A DNA stretch of 59,401 nt from a virus. The notes under the pieces were generated by a model, which worked only from the letters and a program-made list of their open reading frames with translations, was not told the DNA's origin and ran no database searches. Position numbers and translations under genes: made by a program. Location: positions 1 to 59,401 of the IMG/VR virus record IMGVR_UViG_3300045988_077504; one strand, given 5' to 3'. Below are positions 52,901 to 57,647 of this stretch, piece by piece; the stretch's first letter is position 1; each line of letters begins with the position of its first letter.

Positions 52901-55077
52901 TCGCTCGCTTCGTGTCCCTGAATATAAGCATTATCCATAGACTGATGAATAATAGTCTCATCATCTTTTGCTCCCGTCTCTTCTAACTCTTTAGCCTTTG
53001 TAGATTGGGCAGTGTTGAAGCCTCTGAACTTAATAAGATTACCTGCATAGTTCAACGCTGCTTTCTTCTCTTGCTCATGGAGGTTAGGATTTTGAATGAT
53101 ACCATAAACAACGTCTGCCATTTCCTCGTTGGTAGCATTGTCTATTTTTTCTCTAAGAGGTTGCCATTTCCCCTGTGTCATTCTATAAGCAGCAACGGTA
53201 TCGGCATCCTTAACGCTTTTCTTCGTTTTGTAGTAGTCTACTGCGCCAGCAAGCTTCGGAGCTGCTTCCATTGCGCCAGCAGAGAATAACATACCACCCC
53301 AAATATCTGCCTGTGTACGACCATCAAACAAGTCGCTCATCTTATTGTCGCCAACAAACATGGAGTTGAGGACGATGTTTGCCTCTTCCTCTACAACTTC
53401 ATTGATATATCCATTAACTCCTACACGGTTCATCACTTTGGTTCCCAATTGAGCGTACTGCGAAGTACCAGCACGATTTAACGCTGCTGTTACCTTACTA
53501 AGACCTATTTTATCAAGACCTTTTGCAATAGTTTTACCAATGGGTAAGCCTTCAAGGTGCGCACCGAGCTTTTCTGTATAGTATTCAAGTGTCTGTGCTA
53601 TCTCTCCTTTACGAATAGCTGTACCCCAGTCTTCGCCACCAGCAAAACGATAATTGCCATGCTCGTCCTGTTCTACATGTCCGAGGTGTCGTTGTCCAAT
53701 ATCCGATGCAGTACGTGCTGCACCAGTAGTATTAGCCATAACAACACCTGCAGCAATGTCTCCCAGAGTAGTACCAGTGTATTTGATTAACTTCTTTGCC
53801 AATGCCTTAGTAGCTACCTTTTCGGCTATCTTTGTTCCTAACTTAGTTCCTGCTCGTGTTAATCCTGAAAGACCGTCTGTTGCAGCGAACTCTATCATAA
53901 AAGGAATAGCTTGTGCGGTAATTCCACCTGCACGATACATAAAGTTACGATTGTTGCCATACTTATTTTGCGCCACTTGGTTCTTGTAAGTATTCTCTAT
54001 CATCGCTTGGTCAGCATATTTCTCTCGCTGTTTCTTCTTGCCACCATAGTTGAGCATAGCAGAAGTATCAAGCATATCAGTGTAGCCAAAAGTCCAAAAA
54101 GAAGGGTTCTTAAAAGTATCTGTTACACCACGCCAAAAACCAGCCTCAGCCTTATCACGTTCAGCTTCGAGTGCAACTATACGCTGTTGGTTCTGATTTT
54201 TTGCTGCTAATAAGGCTTTCCATTCATTGTCTGCCAAACGTCCATTACTTGTTGCTGAGTTGAAAGTATGAATAGCACCGCCACTACCACGTGGCATGTC
54301 TCGCCAACTTGGTTTAAGTGCTTCTGCATCAAGTTCTGTTCCTCTTCTACCCAGTTCACGTGCTAAACGTTTCCTTTCAGCGTATGCCTCCTTTAATTCG
54401 TGGTCGATTGGGTGTAGTTTTGCTTCTTTAGCGTCATCAATCTGATTTTGTTCAATATCTGCCAGTGTGCGGTCGCCCTGATAGACATTACCAGCCTCGG
54501 TAATGTAGGTAGGTTCTAACTTACCTGTTTTTGCGTTTAGCTTGTTCTCTCCCTGCACTACATGCTTGTTTGCAGTCATTGTAGGCTTCGTCCCACCTAT
54601 ACCCAAAGTAACACGTTGTACGTTAAATGGGTTCTTCTGTTGTGCCTTAGCACGCTGCATGATTGCGTCGGACTGCTGTTTTCTGCGCTGAATTCCTTGC
54701 TGAATACCTGCTACAAAATTCATTGCTTGTGCCTTTTCTGCTGCGGTCATTGGTCTACCACCAGTGGTAGGCTTGCTTACAGATGTAGTATGTGGCTTAT
54801 GTGGTGCTGCTTGGCGTGGCTGTTGTTTTGGTTGAGGCTTAGCAGGTGCTGAAGGAAGATGCTCTAATGAAAAAGCGTGCAGCCCTTGCGCCTTAGCATC
54901 ATGGTAATGCGACAATGGTATGTCGTAATCTCCCTTTTTGCTATCACGCATACGAATGGTTGCACCTTTATAGGCATCTGCATACGACTGAATGCCGTAC
55001 TTATCCACATTCTCTTTTGATACCTGATGTTGCTTACCATCGGATGTTGTAATCGTGTATGTAATCTTATTTGGCAT
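37972..55077 (-). CDS. Giant polyvalent virion-associated protein (5701 aa)
   Basis: A single uninterrupted 17,106-nt ORF. Modules were read by eye and several were confirmed at nucleotide level (NVPF 46912..46923, DEAH 44383..44394, HEAVAH 42004..42021). It is flanked by the portal-like gene and internal-virion-like genes. Confidence 0.9.
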   Translation of the reverse strand: MPNKITYTITTSDGKQHQVSKENVDKYGIQSYADAYKGATIRMRDSKKGDYDIPLSHYHDAKAQGLHAFSLEHLPSAPAKPQPKQQPRQAAPHKPHTTSVSKPTTGGRPMTAAEKAQAMNFVAGIQQGIQRRKQQSDAIMQRAKAQQKNPFNVQRVTLGIGGTKPTMTANKHVVQGENKLNAKTGKLEPTYITEAGNVYQGDRTLADIEQNQIDDAKEAKLHPIDHELKEAYAERKRLARELGRRGTELDAEALKPSWRDMPRGSGGAIHTFNSATSNGRLADNEWKALLAAKNQNQQRIVALEAERDKAEAGFWRGVTDTFKNPSFWTFGYTDMLDTSAMLNYGGKKKQREKYADQAMIENTYKNQVAQNKYGNNRNFMYRAGGITAQAIPFMIEFAATDGLSGLTRAGTKLGTKIAEKVATKALAKKLIKYTGTTLGDIAAGVVMANTTGAARTASDIGQRHLGHVEQDEHGNYRFAGGEDWGTAIRKGEIAQTLEYYTEKLGAHLEGLPIGKTIAKGLDKIGLSKVTAALNRAGTSQYAQLGTKVMNRVGVNGYINEVVEEEANIVLNSMFVGDNKMSDLFDGRTQADIWGGMLFSAGAMEAAPKLAGAVDYYKTKKSVKDADTVAAYRMTQGKWQPLREKIDNATNEEMADVVYGIIQNPNLHEQEKKAALNYAGNLIKFRGFNTAQSTKAKELEETGAKDDETIIHQSMDNAYIQGHEASDEQKNDIKTRYEYTEQQLSEALGTEDVSGYSVDDFLDNKENLNDKQKQAAIDYLNAKSAYNGMISQVKDNIDDAIKASDMAIDNHTHEDGNIYPATMKVDNRKVYVVGGYAQMNDDGTGIDHAKSSESIMVRDAETGKTEMVAPAAILSVDEATNAEEEKANAAESIRQTYAQQEANKIDGTLEFNVGDTYSVIGEDNSQHTLQVIGDAVDEKTGQPIPNMVMVSVDGSQQPTMLPKAQVQEMSDGDNMLRLSQSLKQREEAKAAESQHSNTYSLNDEVTLTNEEGMPVRGSITADQNEDGKFEVYTEEPINGKKVNLFSAEELDALNPDVQTKEETPQTSNNEFEGELAQTESVESAENPQQSLSAFERIPKDEQGQPIYEQAEPETAWDAIVEQTGGDEAMAQTVADDMVADMEAAVKKAGKAKTKGGTTIAEKIAAEKERSAAIEQAKQTLAHWKKIASTNRMRQAAIHAEENRKAGEATRLRKEQEDKERAEREEAERQKREALNGVPDFVEDKASDARARGYRRVNGDKVDRQEPLAAVQGKDVQVKFDDKNIPSGHVALIDADELQPSHKNGQRNPLHFIDEAQPKERKDDASKEAARKIASNIRPEEITSSVTAYTGAPTVNSRGEVIQGNNRSAALKEMWAAHQDQAEKYKQYLIDHAAELGLNPDEVRAMEKPILVNMLDVNDDDAIALGQFVASDTESGGVERIKPKNVVKKLGDKMKNFASLLLRSTDEDMSFSELIDRNGVDVLKWMNSNGSITPTQYKSAFDSRGNLTAEAKNDLKGIMYQSIFEGGSTQLEEMFNALPAKAQKAILATAYRDYDSPQSERMIEELQNSIMAYYALSHDAQFMAATNHKDARMAVESWKRQYAIDDNTGESYLPAEKYSNFALLLVTMYKGDNQSFIQGTFNKMYDLIQGTQEETLFEQPDNTPRTLAEAIKEVLNIDYNGQQRNDVLVGGTTTSQRGEQGSTGDSTTGGRSENSDGTEAHQGGTERESRGNRGQGNLESLAERQGYLGETKEVKISDEVDEDGSPFVKTSTGTTVFGEIKKESGLTPAPIKLSLGNSKYGLIHLEKRHGDQIRGAGFDTVEEFVEFVCKNYKQIKQGENSLGEQNGTYLIQIEDEHNNTLYIELSTDGKYWGVNSGGVFRKGYGKNKKEVWPASEVQSKQSVADSTLREKDKADTPISPNGNVPTTSADKDKQSSDTKQEKERKTSQNNEVREDLFAMAERVAAEDKAKRTRKAEEAKVDINPTDAQKEAGIYTKGHIKVAGMDVTIEQPKGSIRRGKDADGKEWESEMHNTYGYIRGTESVDGDHIDIFLSDTPETGNVFVIDQVNKDGSFDEHKVMYGFSDMESAKKAYLSNYEDGWQGLGNITEVSKEEFKKWIDSSKCKTKPFAEYSSVKTEGDVKVEHPIESSERTKPETKNRLVTDERYEELKKRMKAKLRGQLNMGVDPEMLAIGAEMAVYHIEKGARAFSEYAKGMIADLGDAIRPYLKAFYNGARDLPEMAELSKEMTSYSDVSAFDVATIGNEGEEVKPTVFDTAEQISNEATVEHNAQEEAKQTTETGDVDNDVYSITKQHNNKKDVDIWVVRGKERSDKDVYMQRKQIAKEHDGYYSSFRGVNGFVFNTPEDAQAFAENVFDEQPVGKEVEKPADTSNIPKKINVASLMEQLKSEGKVKLSDHEEPIEEEKGEKTKENQPKSGNQKQNNVSSHVENDLFGGLFSESEPKSQDNEDNQRTRRENRKSDDGVSQRQSSERRTADPEQLDANPTERRTERKGDSGVQSGTTEKRSSDERPTGRLSRLNTTNNHAERGVDYAPISVDARIEANIKAIELANDLVESGEKATPEKMRVLRKFSGWGGLGKAFSIGTPISRKLQQMLGAEAYEQAVMSANSAYYTPAYVIDTLWDVAKQLGFKGGNVLEGSAGIGNIIGQMPMDISDNSHIQAVEIDGTSGNILSLLYPEANVEIQGFEQTRVPNGSVDLAITNVPFVTGLRVNDTTGDSDLSKKFHNIHDFCIAKNVRKLRDGGIGIFISSNGTLDSSQKLRDWLVSDGNADIIGAFRLNNKTFGGTGVTSDIIVIRKRVGGKVSPNAIDVSTVTGERSVDYNTGKEKKVKGTYVPVIKHLSMDYNKYFIEHPEMMAGKMEFAFEHGDTYRATSKGLYPTSDKQQEKMLQDFVNSFAHMKDESQAKKEEKPVNVYEALGDDVKEGSMLINKDGKLCVAQLGQAVPLDLNTNKVKGHTKEECFKAYTAIKKALDDVLHYQSENEDDKGLQPLLDELNKVYDDFVNTYGHLNKNVSIAFLRNDVDYPNVFSLERYEETGDKDGKRVQKFSKTDVFGKRVIEKDVEPQPKNVKDGIIVSIYKTGKIDIPYISTQLSMSEDDVKEEIISCGLGFEDPTSKQVVVSYQYLSGNVREKLKQAEANNENGTYNGNIKALKEVVPNSIPAHLIEFNLGSSWIAPELYNEFVKEKTDIDVKFTAAGGTWFMKAPDWGLNNDKNRTSGVHSEVFNEYIYGHKLIEAAIQNKTVSVSRVQKHYDGSTETITDKEATQACASKIDEIRQDFKDWARNKMQSDPAMSERMEAVYNDLFNNYVPVDIPSEYIPEHFGSATHSITLRPHQAKAVVRGTMQPLMLAHEVGTGKTFTLISTAMEMRRLGTAHKPMIVVQNATVGQFVASAKQLYPNAKILTLEDSDRSAEGRKNFYAKIRYNDWDMIVVPQSTFEFIPDSEERQMAFIKDKIEEKMLVLEKMKEADDSERNPITRQAEKEIQQLEDELASISGQLADKRTAKDEKKRAVTKQNTEVKAREMLDRRTDDTENFDDMGIDALLVDEAHEYKHLGFATAMQRGVKGVDPSYSKKSQGVYLKTQAVLQKNHGRNVIFATGTPISNTAAEIWTFMRYLMPADTMKDYGIYYFDDFVRNFGNIQQMLEFTTSGKFKENNRFAGYIDLPELVRIWSSVSDTVRTKDAGGVSDKIPEMETGKAQDLYLSQTKALRGIMKFVKGELEKYDNMSGKEKKENSHIPLTMYGIAKAAAVDARLVDASAEDDANSKTNEAVRQTLRTLKETADYKGTIAIFADNYQNKTSGFNLYEDVREKLIKAGVPEKQIIVMKSGMTVKKKLEIFDKVNRGEVRVIMGSTFTLGTGVNIQERLHTLIHLDAPNRPMDYTQRNGRILRQGNIHKEMNKPVRVLRFGVEDSLDVTAYQRLKTKGAIADSIMNGKQLMANSMENRILEEEEDAFGDTVAQLSGSEYAMLKNQAEKNARKFESRKRQWEADQTYIHNAKPRLNGQIKQEQERKDTNEKNLSLVRKTYPDGTFKTITIGKQKFDSVEAMADFFKEHNKKVKDEGEKVKDSANASYTSNLNVNIDGLDFVVRTEVAKETTSQGINIFTKATRKMLYSQKELGLTDVPVKNGLLRNAIEDITENVINGNDFENIVGYAEQNIARHKSELEQMQAREGKPFEFEKELEEAKAKYEEYTELMKQEMEEKEKKYAEMDKDVEAVSTLSEASEDEEYLMRDGQGTLTDDELSFINDPWAKMMGKSNRTAKQRAAFAERERSRMTNRVGELADTLHLDNVEVVTDASQLDGKRANAKGFYSKSTGKITIVIPNHANIADVEKTLLHEAVAHYGLRKLFGDHFDTFLDNVYQNAEPEIRREIVKLATKNGWDFRTATEEYLASLAEQTDFERMPYSFWTKIKQLFMKLLHSIGFENWQGGELSDNELRYILWRSYQNLKEPGRYRSILGEAEDVAKQYELKVGNYAEQTEVTSDEVAEASVGFDEVNERFNDALQQQIDGTLPKGYVYDLGMPSSILLSTGIPNLPIELVASRLSDKSMQENHPFDLNEVKDLPNAIQNPFAVFRSATHIGSNVILTNLKHGGRNYVVAIETNRKAGRIFVNSVRSVHYRNSMNIIGWINDGLADYMSEDFRNSWIEETKNELLSKPQYNSADVRKKLISVANIVKDFENPNISEENVEEDDVLFREGEDSVDARDIYEHRVSRAMFQTQEALQDSMLGLKEAMEAVLKAEGTKTDIADIAGFENAYLGENRLSSVNKAEADAFAHLVFKPMLDEVAKLSKNEQECVELVDYMMAKHGLERNEVMAERDATEAFKANEQAHPNSTKSFDDYLADARQRDYAGLTALTGTDTVEDAEAEAGRMVADYEQNNDTTALWKKVNDVTNATLSKSYECGMMNKDTYDKIKSMYQFYIPLRGFDEKTSGEAYAYLTHRQSAFNAPIKVARGRTSKADDPFANMQSMAESAITQGNRNKLVKQKFLNFALNHPSDLVSVSDLWLKYDDVTDEWKPVFPNNIEDTDSADDIEKKLQDFEARMEELAEKEPEKYKHGKDTINVPYRVVESRDLKQHQVLVKRGGRDYVLTINGNPRAAQALNGQTNPDNDNSGPIGAILKVGEMVNRQLSAFYTTRNPDFVVSNFIRDMLYANSMVWVKESPNYALRFHRNIGRCNPVQVKILLTKHINGKLNMDNDLERSFYQFMMNGGETGYANMRDIEQHKNDIRRELKRANGKLGITKAINLLGERLDEYNRAVENSARFAAFLTSREMGRTIDRSIYDAKEISVNFNKKGSGAKFMGAVGQTKLGNTSAFLSGLGRSGFVFWNAAIQGTTNFGRQFKKYPAKAFTAAATMFILGALVAGMGMGDGDDDNKNSYWNLPEYVRRSNILFKAGDQWVSIPLPTEYRAIYGMGELMVSAMSGKEHFTNEELGRAIAGQATQILPIDFLEGEGGLKAFIPSAAKPFAEVYTNKSWTGMPIYKDTPYNKDMPEWTKAYKSANKYLLGLSKLLNEATRGDAYTKGAIDLNPAKIEYILNGYFGGVSNTIDKLTKSAETIAGQREYDPRSFLVLNRILKNGDERTESRAINNEYYRAKEEHDKLKARIKHYEKDTDNGVFDYAEKIDFLYNSLEYARYEIFEDYNKEIDGLYAEMKEATDDDERKVIDNELTALKKQMIEEMNATRK
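41758..42180 (-). other. Domain in the polyvalent protein: zincin-like metallopeptidase (aa ~4300-4440)
   Basis: KTLLHEAVAHYGLRKLFG carries an HExxH motif (HEAVAH at 42004..42021). Confidence 0.6.
43258..45060 (-). other. Domain in the polyvalent protein: SNF2/DEAD-like helicase (aa ~3340-3940)
   Basis: Motif I LAHEVGTGKTF, motif II LLVDEAHEYK, motif III IFATGTPISN, motif VI YTQRNGRILRQGN. Confidence 0.85.
46633..47445 (-). other. Domain in the polyvalent protein: N6-adenine DNA methyltransferase (aa ~2545-2815)
   Basis: Motif I VLEGSAGIGNIIG (47098..47118). Motif IV DLAITNVPF, an NPPF/Y variant (46912..46923). Confidence 0.8.
48733..49125 (-). other. Domain in the polyvalent protein: inorganic-pyrophosphatase-fold module (aa ~1985-2115)
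   Basis: VTIEQPKGSIRRGKDADG...NTYGYIRGTESVDGDHIDIFL...VFVIDQVNKDGSFDEHKVM parallels E. coli PPase (VVIEIPA...KYEIDKESG...[20 protein letters not shown]...VGVLKMTDEAGEDAKLVAV). Confidence 0.6.
49423..49740 (-). other. Domain in the polyvalent protein: small His-motif module, possibly a BECR-fold nuclease (aa ~1780-1885)
   Basis: SKYGLIHLEKRHGDQIRGAGF...TYLIQIEDEHNNTLYIELSTDGKYWGVNSGGVFRKGY. The resemblance to polyvalent-protein RNase modules is from memory only. Confidence 0.3.
50938..51270 (-). other. Domain in the polyvalent protein: ParB/sulfiredoxin-like (aa ~1270-1380)
   Basis: IDADELQPSH...IASNIRPEEITSSVTAYTGAPTVNSRGEVIQGNNRSAALKEMW resembles the ParBc pattern (...Pi.v......i.G.hR..A). 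Confidence 0.45.
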
Positions 55078-55083
55078 AATCTA

Positions 55084-56331
55084 TTAGTTTAATGGAGGTT
55101 TACTTGTTGATTTACTTGATTTTGAGTTCCCATTTCTACGATATTTTTTTACGTCAAAGCCACCTGTTGCGCCTATCACGCTGCGTACATCACCGTCCAT
55201 TGTCGGAAAGTCGCCTACATTTGAAGCTACAATTGCAGCAATAGCGTCTTTGCTCTTTGCCTTTTCAAGCGCATCAGCAATTTGTATGTAGTGCGAATAA
55301 CTCCTTCTATCTCCAGCCTTACGGTAACGCTCCGCTGCTGCCTTTGCTTTCTTTGCCATTGACGGTGCAAGTGAAGTAAGTGCGCCTTTTTTATCAGGAG
55401 AGTAGGTGTGTATACTTCCATCGTGTAACCTAATTGTCTCTTGCTTGCTACCTTTAGCACGAGAAATAGCGATACGTTCAGCCCCTTGTGCCTCTGTTAC
55501 GCTGTTATGTCTCTTTGCTTCTTTGATTTGTGCGCCTTTCAAGCCCTCGTTGGCTCTGTGAGAACGTTTTGTTTCTTCAAGAGCATCTTTCTTAATTCCT
55601 GTGGTAGTTTCAAATTGGTCTGCCTTTTGGTCGTAACTCTTCTGCCACTGGTCATCTTTAACCCCATCACGGTCTTTCTTGTATTGGAATTCCTCGTCAT
55701 CTTTCTGTTGATTGTATACGTCAATACCTAACTGACGTTGCCACTTCCTTTCATTTTCTGCATTCTCGTCATCAGCTTGCTGTGCAGCCATGAGATTTTT
55801 AATGTAGGCATTCATTTGTGCATCTCTATCTGCCCTCAATTTATCCCATTTGCTTCTAACCTTATCCGATTGTGAGTTTTCATGATTGTACATATTCGGA
55901 GCATACTGTGTGGTAAAGTATAGGTTTGACAACGCAGATATACCATCGCCAATAGCTGCAAACATCCTCTCACGCTTCTCTTTCTTGCGCTCCTTTTCCA
56001 GCTCCTCTTGTGTTGGTGGCTGATAAGGATTGAGTTGTTTGAACATATCGACATAAGACATCCGCCTTTCCTTTTCAGGTTTTGCAGGTGTCTTTGGCTG
56101 TTCAGGAGGTGGAGCGAGCGGTGGAACTATTTTGTTAGCCTCTGCTTTCTCCTTTTCCTGCTGTTGTAAGATGTCAGGTGTGAATTTAGGTTTTGAAGCT
56201 TCGTATTCTGTACCAGCCTTATTCCAATCCACCAACGGTTTAGCCCCTGTCGGCTGCTGTGTCGACTGAGGCTGCTGTGGTGGTAACGGTGTAGGCTTAT
56301 TGCCTAATATATCATCTAATGCGCTACTCAT
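55084..56331 (-). CDS. Internal-virion or ejection-like protein (Pro/Gln-rich N-terminus, Lys-rich)
   Basis: 415-aa ORF. It has a low-complexity N-terminus (PTPLPPQQPQSTQQPTG, PPLAPPPEQPKTPAKPEKE) and a charged helical remainder. It lies directly upstream of the polyvalent gene. Confidence 0.65.
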   Translation of the reverse strand: MSSALDDILGNKPTPLPPQQPQSTQQPTGAKPLVDWNKAGTEYEASKPKFTPDILQQQEKEKAEANKIVPPLAPPPEQPKTPAKPEKERRMSYVDMFKQLNPYQPPTQEELEKERKKEKRERMFAAIGDGISALSNLYFTTQYAPNMYNHENSQSDKVRSKWDKLRADRDAQMNAYIKNLMAAQQADDENAENERKWQRQLGIDVYNQQKDDEEFQYKKDRDGVKDDQWQKSYDQKADQFETTTGIKKDALEETKRSHRANEGLKGAQIKEAKRHNSVTEAQGAERIAISRAKGSKQETIRLHDGSIHTYSPDKKGALTSLAPSMAKKAKAAAERYRKAGDRRSYSHYIQIADALEKAKSKDAIAAIVASNVGDFPTMDGDVRSVIGATGGFDVKKYRRNGNSKSSKSTSKPPLN

Positions 56332-56341
56332 ACTCTAAATT

Positions 56342-56821
56342 TTAGAAAGGAAAAGAACCAGCTGCACTACTTACACCTTGTACTGCTTGCCCAATTGCCT
56401 CTGCTTTTCCTTTTTCGATTTGGTTCAACTGTTCATTTAGTGCTGCATCACGCTCCCTATACTGTCCTTCGATAGCATCTTTGCGCTGCTCTCCATTAAC
56501 GGCTATCGTTGCAGTAGCATCAGCAAGAGCCTTATTGTTGGCTTCTTTGGCAGCTGCCGTACTCTCGTCAGTTCCACCCATTACTGCTTGCGCTCCTGCT
56601 GCTGCCTTATTACGGTTCTTGATATTCTCTTGTGTCAATGTAAGAATACGCTGCGCATCAGCACGCTGTGTTGCGTCCTCATTATATCGCCTATCGTACC
56701 AATCTTGATTTGCTTTTTTCTGCGCCTCTACATTGGCTTTCATCTTCTTCATAGCCTTTGAAGCAGAGATACCACCAAATATGCTACCTACTGCTCCAAT
56801 TGCTGTTCCAATTAGTCCCAT
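56342..56821 (-). CDS. Small virion-associated protein with an N-terminal glycine-zipper membrane helix
   Basis: 159 aa. MGLIGTAIGAVGSIFGGISASKAM followed by an Ala/Gln-rich helical region. It is the first gene of the late block. Confidence 0.65.
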   Translation of the reverse strand: MGLIGTAIGAVGSIFGGISASKAMKKMKANVEAQKKANQDWYDRRYNEDATQRADAQRILTLTQENIKNRNKAAAGAQAVMGGTDESTAAAKEANNKALADATATIAVNGEQRKDAIEGQYRERDAALNEQLNQIEKGKAEAIGQAVQGVSSAAGSFPF

Positions 56822-56871
56822 AATTGTAATGCTTATTAAAAGTTATACTATACGGTGCGAAAATAAGTAAT

Positions 56872-56879
56872 TATCTTTG
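56872..56879 (+). promoter_or_regulatory. TAnnTTTG -7 box (same 13-mer as at 2711)
   Basis: TATCTTTGCACCA lies 35 nt upstream of the ATG at 56914. Confidence 0.35.
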
Positions 56880-56913
56880 CACCACAGGTTTAACTTTTAA
56901 TCATGACGAAGAT

Positions 56914-57222
56914 ATGAGTACAGAGAAAAGAAAAGTAGGACGACCTGCAGGAACACCTAAGACTGGTGGGCGTGTTGCAGGTACCCCTAACAAAGTTTCT
57001 TCAAAGGTTAGGAATATACTTGCCGAAATTACAGACGATTACTATAGTTCAGAGCAATTCAAGAATGATTTAAGCGACTTAGAGCCAAAGGATAGAATTC
57101 AGGCAATGGAGAAATTCACAAGTTATGTAGCACCGAAATTACAATCTACTACACTTGATGTTGCAACTGAAACTAAGAAGACCATTGAAGACAGGCTCAT
57201 CGCATTGTCTGGTGGCAAGTGA
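56914..57222 (+). CDS. Small basic DNA-binding-like protein with two GRP/AT-hook-like repeats (RDF or small-terminase candidate)
   Basis: 102 aa. KVGRPAGTPKTGGRVAGTPNK followed by a helical region. It is a lone plus-strand gene next to the repeat-rich region and the integrase. Confidence 0.55.
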   Translation: MSTEKRKVGRPAGTPKTGGRVAGTPNKVSSKVRNILAEITDDYYSSEQFKNDLSDLEPKDRIQAMEKFTSYVAPKLQSTTLDVATETKKTIEDRLIALSGGK

Positions 57223-57248
57223 TTTCTACAAACATCTACTGTAGAAAT
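57222..57248 (+). terminator. Hairpin overlapping the stop codon of the 102-aa gene
   Basis: ATTTCTACA (57222..57230) pairs with TGTAGAAAT (57240..57248), followed by ttattg. Confidence 0.4.
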
Positions 57249-57294
57249 TTATTGTTAGTCCATTTTTAATGAATTGTTTGTTATAAAAGTGAGT

Positions 57295-57323
57295 AAGGAG
57301 TATCCGTGAGGATGCTCCTTTTT
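57295..57323 (+). terminator. Rho-independent-type terminator
   Basis: AAGGAGTATCC (57295..57305), loop GTGA, GGATGCTCCTT (57310..57320) with one G-U pair, followed by a T-run. Confidence 0.55.
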
Positions 57324-57372
57324 CATTCGCATACCATTTTCGTGGGATTACGAAAAACGTAACAGTCGTATA

Positions 57373-57519
57373 CAAACGTAAGCAAACGTAAGCAAACGTA
57401 AGCAAAAATAGCAAACGTAAGCAAACGATGCAAATGCATACAAACTATGCATACAAACTATGCAAACGATGCAAATGCATAATTTGCATTGCAAACTATG
57501 CAAACTATGCAAATGCACC
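57373..57519. repeat. Array of 14 head-to-tail 9-20-nt units (12 of them 9-10 nt), all beginning CAAA (iteron-like)
   Basis: CAAACGTAAG occurs three times in tandem and once more. CAAACTATG occurs four times. CAAACGATGCAAATGCATA occurs twice (57422..57440 and 57463..57481). There is an embedded inverted repeat ATGCAAAT-GCATA-ATTTGCAT (57469..57489). Confidence 0.9.
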
Positions 57520-57522
57520 TAT

Positions 57523-57558
57523 ATGAGAATGAGAATGAGTATGAGTATGAGAATGAGT
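57523..57558. repeat. Hexamer tandem repeat (ATGAGW) x6
   Basis: atgaga atgaga atgagt atgagt atgaga atgagt. It overlaps by 2 nt (57557..57558) the hairpin GTAATAGAC/GTCTATTAC (57557..57580). Confidence 0.9.
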
Positions 57559-57609
57559 AATAGACTTAGTCGTCTATTACAAAAGTGAGAGTTCTTTATG
57601 AAAAAAGAA

Positions 57610-57641
57610 AAACCTACAAAAGAAAGCTCCTTTGTAGGTTT
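57610..57641 (-). terminator. Rho-independent terminator of the integrase gene
   Basis: AAACCTACAAA (57610..57620) pairs with TTTGTAGGTTT (57631..57641). On the minus strand it is followed by tttcttttttc, and it starts 7 nt after the integrase stop. Confidence 0.7.
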
Positions 57642-57647
57642 GAGAGA

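Noticed and set aside
37972-55077. Stop-codon reassignment, or an intein or intron, as explanations for the very long late ORFs.
   Set aside because: Both giant ORFs are continuous in the standard code with coherent motif order. I saw no in-frame stop clusters in neighbouring genes and no intein splice-junction or homing-endonuclease motifs.
57226-57414. The 62-aa (57226..57414) and 61-aa (57614..57799) minus-strand ORFs.
   Set aside because: The first runs through the hairpins and iteron array, with a repeat-driven translation. The second overlaps the integrase 3' end and its terminator. Neither has coding support.
57373-57558. CRISPR array.
   Set aside because: The repeat units are 6-10 nt long and directly abut each other with no unique spacers, and there are no cas genes. 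These are tandem or iteron-like repeats.
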